Source: Actinomycetaceae bacterium (lineage in GTDB: Bacteria; Actinomycetota; Actinomycetes; Actinomycetales; Actinomycetaceae). Taken from it: a stretch of DNA of 64,000 nt. The position numbers were made by a program, and so were the translations under genes. The DNA is taken from the NCBI GenBank assembly GCA_030532405.1, contig JAUNLF010000004.1, forward strand, positions 62,342 through 126,341, read 5' to 3'. Of the stretch, positions 34,904 through 44,711 are shown one piece after another. The notes under the pieces were generated by a model. That model did not search any database and had not been told where the DNA came from. It saw only the letters and a list, made by a program, of their open reading frames with translations. The number at the start of each line of letters is the position of its first letter. Positions within the stretch are counted from its first letter, which is position 1.

Positions 34904-35129
34904 TACTACTCCTTCAATGTCGCCTATCTACAGAGTGGTACATAACACGCCTCGCGACAACCAGTTGCCATCATTTGCGCCGATCGTGCCACAAAGCAGA
35001 CTAATCGCGTGTTTTCTCAATAACCATACACGAGGGCGCCCCTGCTACGCGCTGCGAATACGGCGGTGGTGCCGGCTTGTTTGGGGTGTTTTTGCGCGTG
35101 AGGGCGTGCGGGTTTCCGCCCGGTGTTGC

Positions 35130-36518
35130 TTACGCGTTTTGGTGGGGTGTGCAGTTGGGTGGCAGAGGGCGGACTTCGTCGGTCCAAAACTCAGGCATCG
35201 GCCCGTCGTAGCCGCTGGGTACGTAGAGGCACGTGGGGTCGGATGCGAGCGGGTTGCGCGTGAGCGCGTACGCGGTGGACCGTGACCCGCCGCAGAAGTG
35301 GTTGTATTCGCACGCCCCGCATTTGCCTTCAAAGTCTTGCGGGCTTCGAAGCGCCCTCATGATTGGGGCGTCACGGTAAAGCTCGGCAAACGGTTTTTCC
35401 TTGATAGAGCCCACGTGGATTGGTAGGAATCCCGACGGGTACATGTCGCCCACGTGGTCGATGAAGGCGAACCCGGATCCGGAGTTAATCGCGAGCGGCG
35501 TGCGCGGGGGCCGCGGCTGTGAGGCGTGCTCGCCGAGTAGTCGTGTTGTTTCAGCGGTCAGCCAGTGGTAGAGCTCGCCGTGCTCAAACTCGCCACCCGT
35601 TTCAACGGCCTTCGCCCTCTGGAATGCAACGCGGCGATACTGCGGGGCTTCCGTCGTTTTAATCGCAATCCGATCGGACACGTCATGAAGCCAATGGAGG
35701 ACGTCTTCGCGTTCGCGGGGGCTCATCGCATCAAGCTGCGCTCCGCGTCCGGTTGGAACCAGGAAGAACACGTACCACATGAACGCGTCCAACTCGATAG
35801 CTTTGGCCAGCATTGCGGGGGCTTCGTGAATGTTCCCCCTCGTGAGTGTCGTGTTGATCTGGAGACGGAATCCGACCTCCTTAATCAACTTCGTGGCCTC
35901 AATAGTCTTGTCGAATGTGCCCGTGATTCCGCGGAAATTGTCGTGCGTTTGCGCAGTCGCCCCATCCATGGACACCGACATTGCGCGGCCACCCGCGTCC
36001 TTCAACGCCTGCAGGCGCTCGCGGGTAAACAGTGGAGTGACCGACGGTGAAATCGACATTGACAGCCCCAAACTGCTGCCGTACTCGACAATCTCCACAA
36101 GGTCAGTGCGTTCGAAACAATCCCCACCAGTTAGGACCACGAGGGGTCGAGGACGCTCGTACTGCGCTAGTTGGCGAAGCAAGTCTTTGCCCTGCTCGGT
36201 GGTGAGTTGCAGCGGGTGCGCGTTGGGGTGAGCCTCCGCCCGACAGTGCTTGCAAACTAGTGCGCACGCGCGAGTGACCTCCCAGATAACAATGAAAGGT
36301 TTTTCACCCAGGTCGTGCTTGATTTCGCGGACGATAGCGCCGGGGCGTCCATCCGGTCGCCGCATGCTCCCAAGATCACCGGGATGCCCGCCCGGGTGAC
36401 CTCCCGGATGCCCGCCCGGGTGCGTGTGGCTAACGTCAACTTCGGTCGGGTGTCCGTGGGGGTCCTGTACGTCCTGGGGGATTCCGTGCGGGTGCGCGGT
36501 GTGCGGGTGCGATGGCAT
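35130..36518 (-). CDS. Radical SAM/SPASM domain protein (NirJ/AhbD-like architecture) with His/Pro/Gly-rich N-terminal extension
   Basis: CxxxCxxC in VTRACALVCKHCRA. The C-terminal SPASM-like Cys motif is CGACEYNHFCGG...DPTC. The N-terminus is MPSHPHTAHPHG...SHTHPGGHPGGHPGGHPGD. The ATG at 36518 is preceded by GAAGGAG. Confidence 0.8.
   Translation of the reverse strand: MPSHPHTAHPHGIPQDVQDPHGHPTEVDVSHTHPGGHPGGHPGGHPGDLGSMRRPDGRPGAIVREIKHDLGEKPFIVIWEVTRACALVCKHCRAEAHPNAHPLQLTTEQGKDLLRQLAQYERPRPLVVLTGGDCFERTDLVEIVEYGSSLGLSMSISPSVTPLFTRERLQALKDAGGRAMSVSMDGATAQTHDNFRGITGTFDKTIEATKLIKEVGFRLQINTTLTRGNIHEAPAMLAKAIELDAFMWYVFFLVPTGRGAQLDAMSPREREDVLHWLHDVSDRIAIKTTEAPQYRRVAFQRAKAVETGGEFEHGELYHWLTAETTRLLGEHASQPRPPRTPLAINSGSGFAFIDHVGDMYPSGFLPIHVGSIKEKPFAELYRDAPIMRALRSPQDFEGKCGACEYNHFCGGSRSTAYALTRNPLASDPTCLYVPSGYDGPMPEFWTDEVRPLPPNCTPHQNA
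36382..36422. repeat. Tandem 24-nt periodic repeat inside the radical SAM gene, encoding (GGHP)n
   Basis: GGATGCCCGCCCGGGTG occurs at 36382-36398 and again at 36406-36422. The reverse-strand translation is HPGGHPGGHPGGHPG. Confidence 0.85.
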
Positions 36519-36641
36519 AGCCACTCCTTCGTGAAAAAGTCGCTCCCAGTGTAAAACCGAAGACGCGCACTTCTTGAACACCGGTGTGGCCGTGCTTGAC
36601 TCGACCCCCGCGAGGCCCGGTAACTCCCCGATTGTGGGCGG

Positions 36642-37391
36642 TTAGCTTGCGAACACAGTGAATCGGAATGAGTACAGCGAAGGCCGATATACGTGATTTC
36701 CGACTTCCACAATACGACCGTCTTCGGTGTAGGCAGTACGCTCCATGGTCAAAAGTGGCGCCTTGGTTTCCTCCGTGAGGATTTCCGCTTCTGCAGGCGT
36801 CGCCTGGCGTGCACCGATCTTTTGGCTAGCGGAAGCAATCTTAATGTTTCGCCTCGCGAAGCATTCGTACAGGCCTGACTCTTGCAACTCTTTCCACGTC
36901 GGCGCCAAATCCAGGGGCAGGTGGTTGGTCAAAATCGCCAAAGGCTGCCCGTCAACACTGCGCAGCCGTGACGAAAGCAGCACCCCGTCGCCTACTTCAA
37001 GCCCGAGCATCTGAGCTTCCTCCGGCCCGGCCTCAATAATCTCGTAAGAAAGTACGCGCGTCGAAGGCTTGTAGCCAGCCTCCACAAGATCATCGTTTAA
37101 CGAGCTGAGCTCAAGCGGCCTGTGGATTTGCGACGGCGTAACGCGCGTCCCGACCCCGCGCCGCCTAGTTAGAAGCCCACGATTTACCAATTCTTGGAGG
37201 GCGCGGCGGGCAGTTGGCCTAGAAACCTCTAAACGCCGAGCCATAGAAATCTCGTCCTCAACAAGCTGTCCCGGAGCGATCTGACCCGAAATTATTGCGT
37301 GCTCTAACGGTTCAGAAATCTGCTGGTACAAAGGGACCGAACTGTCGCGGTCTATGTCAACCATTAGTTGGTATGGCTCGTCCATTGTCAT
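36642..37391 (-). CDS. GntR family transcriptional regulator, HutC subfamily (UTRA effector domain)
   Basis: The N-terminal wHTH has LYQQISEPLEHAIISGQIAPGQLVEDEISMARRLEVSRPTARRALQELVNRGLL. The C-terminal domain is UTRA-like in size. Confidence 0.85.
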   Translation of the reverse strand: MTMDEPYQLMVDIDRDSSVPLYQQISEPLEHAIISGQIAPGQLVEDEISMARRLEVSRPTARRALQELVNRGLLTRRRGVGTRVTPSQIHRPLELSSLNDDLVEAGYKPSTRVLSYEIIEAGPEEAQMLGLEVGDGVLLSSRLRSVDGQPLAILTNHLPLDLAPTWKELQESGLYECFARRNIKIASASQKIGARQATPAEAEILTEETKAPLLTMERTAYTEDGRIVEVGNHVYRPSLYSFRFTVFAS

Positions 37392-37474
37392 TTCCTACAA
37401 ACAAATCTGTGAGATGGCTAGATCCCGCCCAAAACCCTGCGGACAAAGCGGGACGATATATGAATAATTACCCT

Positions 37475-37488
37475 ATTGAATAGTCAAT
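37475..37488. promoter_or_regulatory. Palindrome ATTGA-ATAG-TCAAT upstream of the GntR gene (candidate operator)
   Basis: Perfect 5-4-5 palindrome lying 84-97 nt upstream of the GntR start, in the divergent intergenic region. Confidence 0.2.
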
Positions 37489-37704
37489 TGTACAGTCATG
37501 ACGGGGCGCGAGTGGCACATATGCGACCGGATTCGCAAAATGAGGTAGGACAAACGGGGCAGTGAACCATTTTCTTCGCGCTTCGACGCTTCGAAACCAC
37601 TTACATCCCGCATGAAACCTGACACCAAATTTGTTCGAAGTGTTTGATTTTCACGGGTTTTCGTTAGGCTTGGAAGGTCGCGACGGTAGATAAAGGAATT
37701 TCTG

Positions 37705-39447
37705 GTGACAAGTTTTCTACGACCCACAGTTGTTAAGAAGAGCTTCGGCGCACTGTTGGCGGCGTGCCTGGTGAGTGCGGGCCTGGCGGCTTGTTCTCCG
37801 CAAGTGCCAACGCCACCCCAGACGCAACCCGAAGTGCAACCAGAACCCACCGAGCCCCAACCGGTCCCGGCGCAGACCGTCGCCTACTCAACCGATTTGG
37901 AAGCGTCAAGTAGTCTGTTCGCCGAATCGCCTGTTGCCATCGTTGCGGCAGGCGACGAGCTGGCCCAGGCCCGTGCTGCCGCCACCGCCCTCGCCCTGCG
38001 TGCCCCCATGCTTACTGTTCAAGACAACGCCGACGCGATCGCCGCAGAACTGCAGCGCTTGGGCGTTCAAACCGTGCTTGCCGTCGGGGATGTGACAGTG
38101 CCCGCCGCGGTTGACGTCATGGTCGACCCGGGCAGTTCCGCTGCGCTAACAGAAGTCGTCGGCAGCGAAGTTCAAACAGTGGAAACCGTCGGAGTTGGCG
38201 ACCTGGTTGCGATGGACCCGGCGGCGCCCTCGGCCCCTGAAATTCCCACTTTAGAGCCGGGAACTTCCGAAACTTTCGCAGAATCTTCCCCCGAAAGTGC
38301 GGGTAGTAATGAGTCGGAAGACGCGGCCGACTCGCCAGCCGGCGACCCCGCTGAAGATACGCAGGAAGCCGCGGGGCGGCCGCGCATGGTTGAAGTGGGC
38401 CCGCTTGAAAAGGGCGAAGTTGGAATCGGGAACGAGGGCGCCGCCGTGTTCGCGACTGGAAATTCACCGCTCGGTGTGGTTGCAAACGCGCGGACGGCCG
38501 GCCTGGACCCGGTGGTGCTCCCGCAGGCGGACCCGCGGGCAACATCGGAGTCGATGACCCTGATGCGCGAGTCCGAAATCGCCGTCGGCCTGGGCCCCGA
38601 CTTCGGCGGAACTGACCGCCTGCAAGTGACCGCCGAGCTGGCGGCGAATACCGAGGAGCTACCCGGCGGTGGGGGGCTCGTCTTCCCGGGGCGCCGAATG
38701 ACGGCGCTGTACGGTCATCCGTGGGGAGGCGCCCTCGGCGTCCTTGGCGAACAAGGCGCGCAAGAGGCGGCCGCACTGGCAAAACAGTATGCGGAGCAGT
38801 ATCAGCCGTTCAGCTCCCAGCAGGTGATTCCGGCGTTTGAAATCATCGCGACGGTAGCGGCCGGAGGCCCTGGCGACGATGGAAACTATTCGAACGTGAC
38901 TCCCGCGCAGGACTTGGTTCCGTACATTGATGCGATTACGGAGGTCGGAGGCTACGCCATCTTGGATCTTCAGCCCGGCCGCGCCAGCCTGCTGGACCAG
39001 GCGAAAATCTACGAGGACCTGTTGAAACGCCCGAACGTCGGATTAGCGTTGGATCCGGAGTGGAAACTGTACGGCGATGAGGTTCCCCTCCAGCAAATCG
39101 GCCACATTGACGTGTCCGAAGCGAACGAGGTTTCCGAATGGCTCGCGACCCTAACCCGGCAAAATAACCTGCCGCAGAAGGTGTTCATGCTCCACCAGTT
39201 CCAACTGCAAATGATCCGAAACCGCGACCAGCTCAACACCGGCCACCCCGAACTCGCGATCGTCCTACACGCGGACGGTCACGGAACGCCCGGAATGAAG
39301 ATGGACACGTGGAACGCGATGCGAGAAGGCCTGCCCGGCGGCGTGTGGATGGCGTGGAAAAATTTCATTGACGAGGACCAGCCCATGCTGAACCCGGAGC
39401 AAACCATGGGGGTTGAACCCAGCCCCTGGATCGTCTCATTCCAGTAG
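37705..39447 (+). CDS. Lipoprotein of unknown function (580 aa)
   Basis: Signal peptide with lipobox LAACS, then a Pro/Glu/Gln-rich linker and an acidic low-complexity stretch. The conserved-looking C-terminal ~250 aa include DLQPGRASLLDQAKIYEDLL and ALDPEWKL. It uses a GTG start. Confidence 0.65.
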   Translation: MTSFLRPTVVKKSFGALLAACLVSAGLAACSPQVPTPPQTQPEVQPEPTEPQPVPAQTVAYSTDLEASSSLFAESPVAIVAAGDELAQARAAATALALRAPMLTVQDNADAIAAELQRLGVQTVLAVGDVTVPAAVDVMVDPGSSAALTEVVGSEVQTVETVGVGDLVAMDPAAPSAPEIPTLEPGTSETFAESSPESAGSNESEDAADSPAGDPAEDTQEAAGRPRMVEVGPLEKGEVGIGNEGAAVFATGNSPLGVVANARTAGLDPVVLPQADPRATSESMTLMRESEIAVGLGPDFGGTDRLQVTAELAANTEELPGGGGLVFPGRRMTALYGHPWGGALGVLGEQGAQEAAALAKQYAEQYQPFSSQQVIPAFEIIATVAAGGPGDDGNYSNVTPAQDLVPYIDAITEVGGYAILDLQPGRASLLDQAKIYEDLLKRPNVGLALDPEWKLYGDEVPLQQIGHIDVSEANEVSEWLATLTRQNNLPQKVFMLHQFQLQMIRNRDQLNTGHPELAIVLHADGHGTPGMKMDTWNAMREGLPGGVWMAWKNFIDEDQPMLNPEQTMGVEPSPWIVSFQ

Positions 39448-39558
39448 GTTCGCGCCACCCGCCGGCTGCGCTTTCCACGCGCCCCGCCTGCGCCTGTTTG
39501 GTCGGCCGTTAACGCACCCGGGCATCCTGCCCTCGCGCCCCGCCTGCGCCCTCGCGCC

Positions 39559-40398
39559 TCATACAACGAGGTAGATGGAAGAAATGATTGTCAGCACAAT
39601 GACGATGGGTTCGAAGATCTTCTGATTCATGCGTTTGGCCAGCACGCGTCCCAGTAGGGCGCCTGTCAAGACTAGGGGTACCAACGCCAGGTCTAGTCGC
39701 AAGGTTGCGGGGTTTATCAACCCGATCGAGAACGAAAAAGGCAACTTGATCACGTTAATAATGAAGAAGAACCACGCCTGCGTTCCCAGGAACTTCAGCA
39801 CCGGAAACCTCGCCCACAGGAAATACAGCGTCATTACCGGCCCGCCCGCGTTTGCCGCCATGGTCGTGAATCCGCCTAAAATCCCGTAAAAATAGCGGGG
39901 CAGTGCGCGCGTTGACAGACGTTCGTATTCGCCTTTCCCCGCGAGGGCGTCCCCGGGCTCGCCCTCAAAATCGGGACGAACGCGTGCCGACCCGCTGGCA
40001 GCAGCATTAATGCGCGAAGAGGAGCGGGCTTTCTTTCGGTACATGATTAGCAAAGTGAGGGCGGTCAGCGCTATAAGAATCCACCCAATCGAGCGGCGCA
40101 TGATCAGATCGTCGGCCCACTGGAGGAACCACGCGCCAACCAGGATTCCGATAACAACGGTTGGGATAAGTCTGCGCAGGGTCGGCCAATGCGCGTCGTG
40201 ACGGTACGTCCAAATCGCAATCAAATCCCCGGTGAGCAGCAGAACAAGCATGACCGCGGTTGACTCCCGCGCGGGAATCACCGCCGCGAAAATCGCGACC
40301 GACAGGGTAGCCAAACCCGGCAACGCCGTTTTTGACACGCCAATAAAGAACGCCGCCAACCCTATAAGTAACCACGCGTAGCCGGAAAGTTCGAACAT
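39559..40398 (-). CDS. TauE/SafE family sulfite/anion exporter
   Basis: 279 aa with 7-8 hydrophobic helices and an internal duplication. The central loop is hydrophilic (RKKARSSSRINAAASG...). Confidence 0.7.
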   Translation of the reverse strand: MFELSGYAWLLIGLAAFFIGVSKTALPGLATLSVAIFAAVIPARESTAVMLVLLLTGDLIAIWTYRHDAHWPTLRRLIPTVVIGILVGAWFLQWADDLIMRRSIGWILIALTALTLLIMYRKKARSSSRINAAASGSARVRPDFEGEPGDALAGKGEYERLSTRALPRYFYGILGGFTTMAANAGGPVMTLYFLWARFPVLKFLGTQAWFFFIINVIKLPFSFSIGLINPATLRLDLALVPLVLTGALLGRVLAKRMNQKIFEPIVIVLTIISSIYLVV

Positions 40399-40475
40399 AT
40401 AACTAGCCTAGCCAAGTAGGGCAGCCGCATTGAGATCAGTCCTTCGTTTGGTCACTTAGTGGCTACCATTGGGAC

Positions 40476-41462
40476 ATGAGTTCCAGACCCACCCAGGATG
40501 ACATCGCGCGCGAGGCCGGTGTTTCGCGCGGCCTTGTTTCTCTCGCGCTTTCCGGATCCAGCACGGTTGCCGACTCCACAAGGGAGCGCATTTTAGCGGT
40601 CGCCGAACGCCTGGGATACACGCGTAACCTCAGTGCGGCAATGCTCGCCGCCCGCACGTCCCCAATCGTGGGTATCGTACTTCCGAACCTGATGCACCCG
40701 TTCTTCGACTCGATGGTCTCCAGCATCCAAAGCGTCGCCGACGACCTTGGGAAAATGGCGTTCACCGCTATCCGCGGCGAAATGCAAACCAACGAGTCAT
40801 GCGCCCTTGACTACTTCATCGGCCTTCGCGTCGGTGGAGCCGTCCTCGTTGCCCCCACGCTTCCCAAAGATCGGCTAATCGAGTACGGCACCAAAATCCC
40901 CACGTGCGTCATCGCCGGCGACGTCGTCGGCGGAACCATCGACTCTGTCTACATCGATGAGGATGCGGCCGCCAAGCTCGTCCTCACCCATCTAAACGAG
41001 GCGGGCTACGAAAAAATCGTGTTCTTCACTCGCGAAACCACCGCCGCCGACGAGCTCGTCCACCGCCGCGTCGAATCTTTCACATCCGCAGTTTCCGCCA
41101 CCGGAGTCAAACCCGACGTGCGTGTCGTCCACGACGTTGACAGTTCCGTGCGAGATTTAATCCATGAGGGCGGGCCTCGAACTGCCATCGTGTGCTACAA
41201 CGACCCGTTGGCTATGGACGTGGTCATGGCGGCCCGCGCCCTCGGGTTGGAGCCCGGCGCCGACATCGGTGTCGTGGGCTACGACAACACCTTCTACGCG
41301 GAAAAACCCGGCTATGACATCACTTCGATCGACCCCAAGCCCCACGAAATGGCCGCCGCCGCACTCGATTTTGTCACCTCGCGCGCCGAACAGCTGGCGT
41401 TAGACGCCCGCCACCACCTTGTGCAACCGGCACTCATCGTGCGCGGGTCAACGTCGCGGTAA
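40476..41462 (+). CDS. LacI family transcriptional regulator
   Basis: HTH TQDDIAREAGVSRGLVSLALSG followed by a sugar-binding-like core. Confidence 0.85.
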   Translation: MSSRPTQDDIAREAGVSRGLVSLALSGSSTVADSTRERILAVAERLGYTRNLSAAMLAARTSPIVGIVLPNLMHPFFDSMVSSIQSVADDLGKMAFTAIRGEMQTNESCALDYFIGLRVGGAVLVAPTLPKDRLIEYGTKIPTCVIAGDVVGGTIDSVYIDEDAAAKLVLTHLNEAGYEKIVFFTRETTAADELVHRRVESFTSAVSATGVKPDVRVVHDVDSSVRDLIHEGGPRTAIVCYNDPLAMDVVMAARALGLEPGADIGVVGYDNTFYAEKPGYDITSIDPKPHEMAAAALDFVTSRAEQLALDARHHLVQPALIVRGSTSR

Positions 41463-41490
41463 AGTGCGGACCACTTCGGCCCGCACGCCG

Positions 41491-42939
41491 CTAGATCAGG
41501 TGCTGGGACAGGTTGGTTTGCTCCAAGTGCTCCTGGGTGGGTAGCACGTGCTGGGGAATGCCCGACGCGGCCTTTCGCACCGCGCGCGACACGAAGCGGG
41601 GGACACGCTCGTCGAAGACACCCGGAATGATGTAGTGCTTGGAGCGCTCCTCGTCAGAAATCACGCTGGCGATTGCGGTGGCGGTGACGCGCAGCAGCTC
41701 GGTGGTTACGGTCTTGATGTGCGCGTCCAAAATGCCGCGGAACAGGCCCGGGAATGCGAGCACGTTATTGATCTGATTCGGGAAGTCCGAACGCCCGGTT
41801 GCCACGATTTCGGCGTATTCAGCCGCGCCAATCGGGTCAACTTCAGGCGTAGGGTTGGCCAGCGCAAACACGATTGCGCGGTCCGCCATGACTTCCAGGT
41901 CTTTGGGCTCCAAAATGTCGCCGTGCGAAACGCCGATGAACACGTCGGCGTCCTTTAGGCCTTCCTTCAAAGTGCCCTTAACCAGGCGCGGGTTGGTCTG
42001 CTCCGCAAGCTCCTTGCGCGCCTCATTAAACCCGTCCGTTTCGTCGCGAGACAGCGCCCCATTTCGGCCGTACCCGACGATATCCTTAGCGCCCTGAGCC
42101 ATCAGGAGCTTAATAATCGCAGTTCCGGCCGCCCCAACACCGGAAACCACGATGCGCACGTCCTCAATGTTCTTATCCACAACCTTCAGGGCGTTTAGTA
42201 GCGCCGCGAGGACGACGATGGCCGTCCCGTGCTGGTCGTCGTGGAACACCGGAATGTCAAGCTCTTCTTTCAACCGCGCTTCGATTTCGAAGCAACGCGG
42301 GGCGGAGATGTCTTCTAGGTTGATACCCCCGTATGCGGGCGCGATTGCCTTGACGATGCGGATGATCTCTTCGGTGTCTTTCGTGTCAAGCACGACCGGC
42401 CACGCGTCTACGCCACCAAACTGTTTGAACAGTACCGCCTTGCCTTCCATGACTGGCAGCGCGGCCTCGGGGCCAATGTCACCCATCCCTAAAACGGCGG
42501 TGCCATCGGTTACGACAGCCACCGAGTTTGCGCGCATCGTCAAAAAGTGCGACTTCATCGGAGCGTCGTGAATCGACTGGCACACCCTCGCCACGCCGGG
42601 GGTGTAAACCCTGGACAGGTCGGCGCGGTTGCGAATCGGCGCCTTGGGTTGCACCTGAATCTTGCCACCCACGTGCGCCAAGAAAGTAGCGTCAGAGATG
42701 GAAGTTAGATTAACGCCCTCAGTTTCGCGCAAGATACGCGCAATTTCACGACGATGCTCCGAGTCGCGCGCGTTGCACGTGAGGTCCAAAATCAGTTCGC
42801 CACGATCCGAGTCAGCCACATCCAGGCCCGTGATCGCCGCCCCCGTTTCGGTAATAAGGTCGATTACCCCGTTTAGTTTCACGCGAGTTTCATCAACAAT
42901 CAGGCGAAATGACGCGGTGTAGGAGGGCGATACTCTCAT
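41491..42939 (-). CDS. NAD(P)-dependent malic enzyme with N-terminal ACT-like domain
   Basis: YTPGVARVC, the NAD-binding VVSGVGAAGTAIIKLL, and FALANPTPE. The ATG at 42939 is preceded by AAAGGAG; the track start at 42975 is less likely. Confidence 0.85.
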   Translation of the reverse strand: MRVSPSYTASFRLIVDETRVKLNGVIDLITETGAAITGLDVADSDRGELILDLTCNARDSEHRREIARILRETEGVNLTSISDATFLAHVGGKIQVQPKAPIRNRADLSRVYTPGVARVCQSIHDAPMKSHFLTMRANSVAVVTDGTAVLGMGDIGPEAALPVMEGKAVLFKQFGGVDAWPVVLDTKDTEEIIRIVKAIAPAYGGINLEDISAPRCFEIEARLKEELDIPVFHDDQHGTAIVVLAALLNALKVVDKNIEDVRIVVSGVGAAGTAIIKLLMAQGAKDIVGYGRNGALSRDETDGFNEARKELAEQTNPRLVKGTLKEGLKDADVFIGVSHGDILEPKDLEVMADRAIVFALANPTPEVDPIGAAEYAEIVATGRSDFPNQINNVLAFPGLFRGILDAHIKTVTTELLRVTATAIASVISDEERSKHYIIPGVFDERVPRFVSRAVRKAASGIPQHVLPTQEHLEQTNLSQHLI

Positions 42940-43238
42940 TGGGGCTCCTTTGCCAGTACGGTTCACAGCTACCAAAAGTCGTGCGAAAACTCTCAGCGGC
43001 TTTCACTATACAAGCGCATGTGTGCACTCGCCCGGCCTGTCCGCCTACAGTGCGTGAGGGCGAGCCCGGTTGAACATAATCGCGCCGCCACCGGCGCGTA
43101 CTGCAGGTTTGACTGGCGGTGACCTTCTGCCCGCTGGGAAGCAAAAGTGTGAGCTAAACTATTAAAGGCTTGTGCTGTAAGCCGTAAAGCGAAGCAAAAT
43201 ACAAGCTCAACTTCTCAAGAGTAGGACGTTTTCTGACG

Positions 43239-44711
43239 ATGACAACGAAGTCGCAAAAGGTTCAACGCCCATCATCCCGACCTAGCGTAAGGCGCGGACC
43301 TAAGCGAAAGAATGGCCCCAAAGCGGTGGCCCAGAAGCAGACCTCCAAGGTGCAAAGGTTCGGCCAAATTGCGGCCGTGGTCGGTTTTATTCTTCCATTC
43401 CTCTTTGACATTCCCGGTCTGGACAATGTGGGCCAGCGGATGCTTTCCATCTTCCTCGCGGCCATCATGCTGTGGGTTACGGAAGCTATTCCACTTTCCG
43501 CCACCGCGGTGCTCGTGATTATGGCGGAGGTGCTCCTGGTTTCAGATCAGGCACTCCTGCCCGTAGCGGACGCAGCGCCGGCCTCGTCATCATTCTTTGC
43601 GGCACTTGCAAACCCTGTAATTATTTTGTTCCTGGGTGGCTTCATGCTTGCGGATGGAGCAGCGAAGTACGGTGTGGACCGCGCGATCGCGGCCGTCATG
43701 TTGAAGCCATTCCTGTCCTCGCCACGGTTCATGCTGATGGGCGTCATGCTGATTACCGCGGTGCTTTCCATGTTCATGTCCAACACGGCCACCACGGCCA
43801 CAATGTTCGCCGTGTTCATGCCGGTTCTCGCGCAACTACCCAAGGGGAAGTCACGCACGGGCCTGGCGCTTTCAATCCCCGTCGCGGCGAACGTGGGTGG
43901 CATTGGAACACCCGTTGGTACGCCCCCGAACGCAATCGCGCTGGGTGCGCTCCAAAGCGCGGGCATTCACATCACGTTCGTGTCCTGGATGGCGCTCGCA
44001 ATCCCGCTAATGCTAGTGGTCCTCGCGATTGCGTGGACTTGGCTGGCATTTGTCTACATGCCGTCCGATCTGAAGATCGACCTGGACCTGACCGCGAAGT
44101 TCGAAACCGGTCGCAACGCGGTCATCTTCTACGTGGTTGGCGGCATCACTATTGCGCTGTGGATGACCGAACCCCTGCACGGCATTTCTTCAAACACCGT
44201 CGGCTTCGTCCCCGTCGTTTTGCTGATGGTCAGCCAAGTGATGACGGGTGAAGACCTGAAGAGCCTGGACTGGCCCGTCTTGTGGCTGGTCGCGGGCGGT
44301 ATTGCGCTCGGCATCGGCGTTGGATCCACGGGCCTGGACGCGTGGATCATCGGTTCGATCGACTGGGCGTCCGTGCCCGTAGCCCTGCTGCTCCTAGTGC
44401 TCGCCGGCGTTGGGTTCCTAATGTCGAACGTGATCTCGCACTCCGCCGCAGCTAACCTGTTGATTCCGCTCGGCATGGGGCTGGGCGCAACCGTTGCCGC
44501 CACGCCCTCTGAAATCGCGGTAGTCCTCGCGCTGGGCTGTTCACTCGGCATGTGTCTGCCGATTTCGACCCCGCCGAACGCAATCGCGTACTCCACCGGA
44601 GAGATCGGCACCCCGAAGATGGTCCAAACCGGCCTGGTTGTAGGCGTGTCGGGCACGATCCTACTAGCATTCATCATGCCGATTTACTGGTCTTTCTCAG
44701 GCTTGCTATGA
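43239..44711 (+). CDS. DASS/SLC13 family anion (di/tricarboxylate) transporter
   Basis: Duplicated hairpin motifs FMSNTATTAT and GTPVGTPPNAIA / PISTPPNAIAY, with many TM segments. Confidence 0.8.
   Translation: MTTKSQKVQRPSSRPSVRRGPKRKNGPKAVAQKQTSKVQRFGQIAAVVGFILPFLFDIPGLDNVGQRMLSIFLAAIMLWVTEAIPLSATAVLVIMAEVLLVSDQALLPVADAAPASSSFFAALANPVIILFLGGFMLADGAAKYGVDRAIAAVMLKPFLSSPRFMLMGVMLITAVLSMFMSNTATTATMFAVFMPVLAQLPKGKSRTGLALSIPVAANVGGIGTPVGTPPNAIALGALQSAGIHITFVSWMALAIPLMLVVLAIAWTWLAFVYMPSDLKIDLDLTAKFETGRNAVIFYVVGGITIALWMTEPLHGISSNTVGFVPVVLLMVSQVMTGEDLKSLDWPVLWLVAGGIALGIGVGSTGLDAWIIGSIDWASVPVALLLLVLAGVGFLMSNVISHSAAANLLIPLGMGLGATVAATPSEIAVVLALGCSLGMCLPISTPPNAIAYSTGEIGTPKMVQTGLVVGVSGTILLAFIMPIYWSFSGLL

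Noticed and set aside
39478-39550. 17-nt direct repeat CGCGCCCCGCCTGCGCC (39478-39494 and 39534-39550) between the convergent lipoprotein and TauE genes.
   Set aside because: It is low-complexity GC-rich sequence in a GC-rich genome. A single extra copy is only marginally unexpected, and there is no associated structure or ORF.
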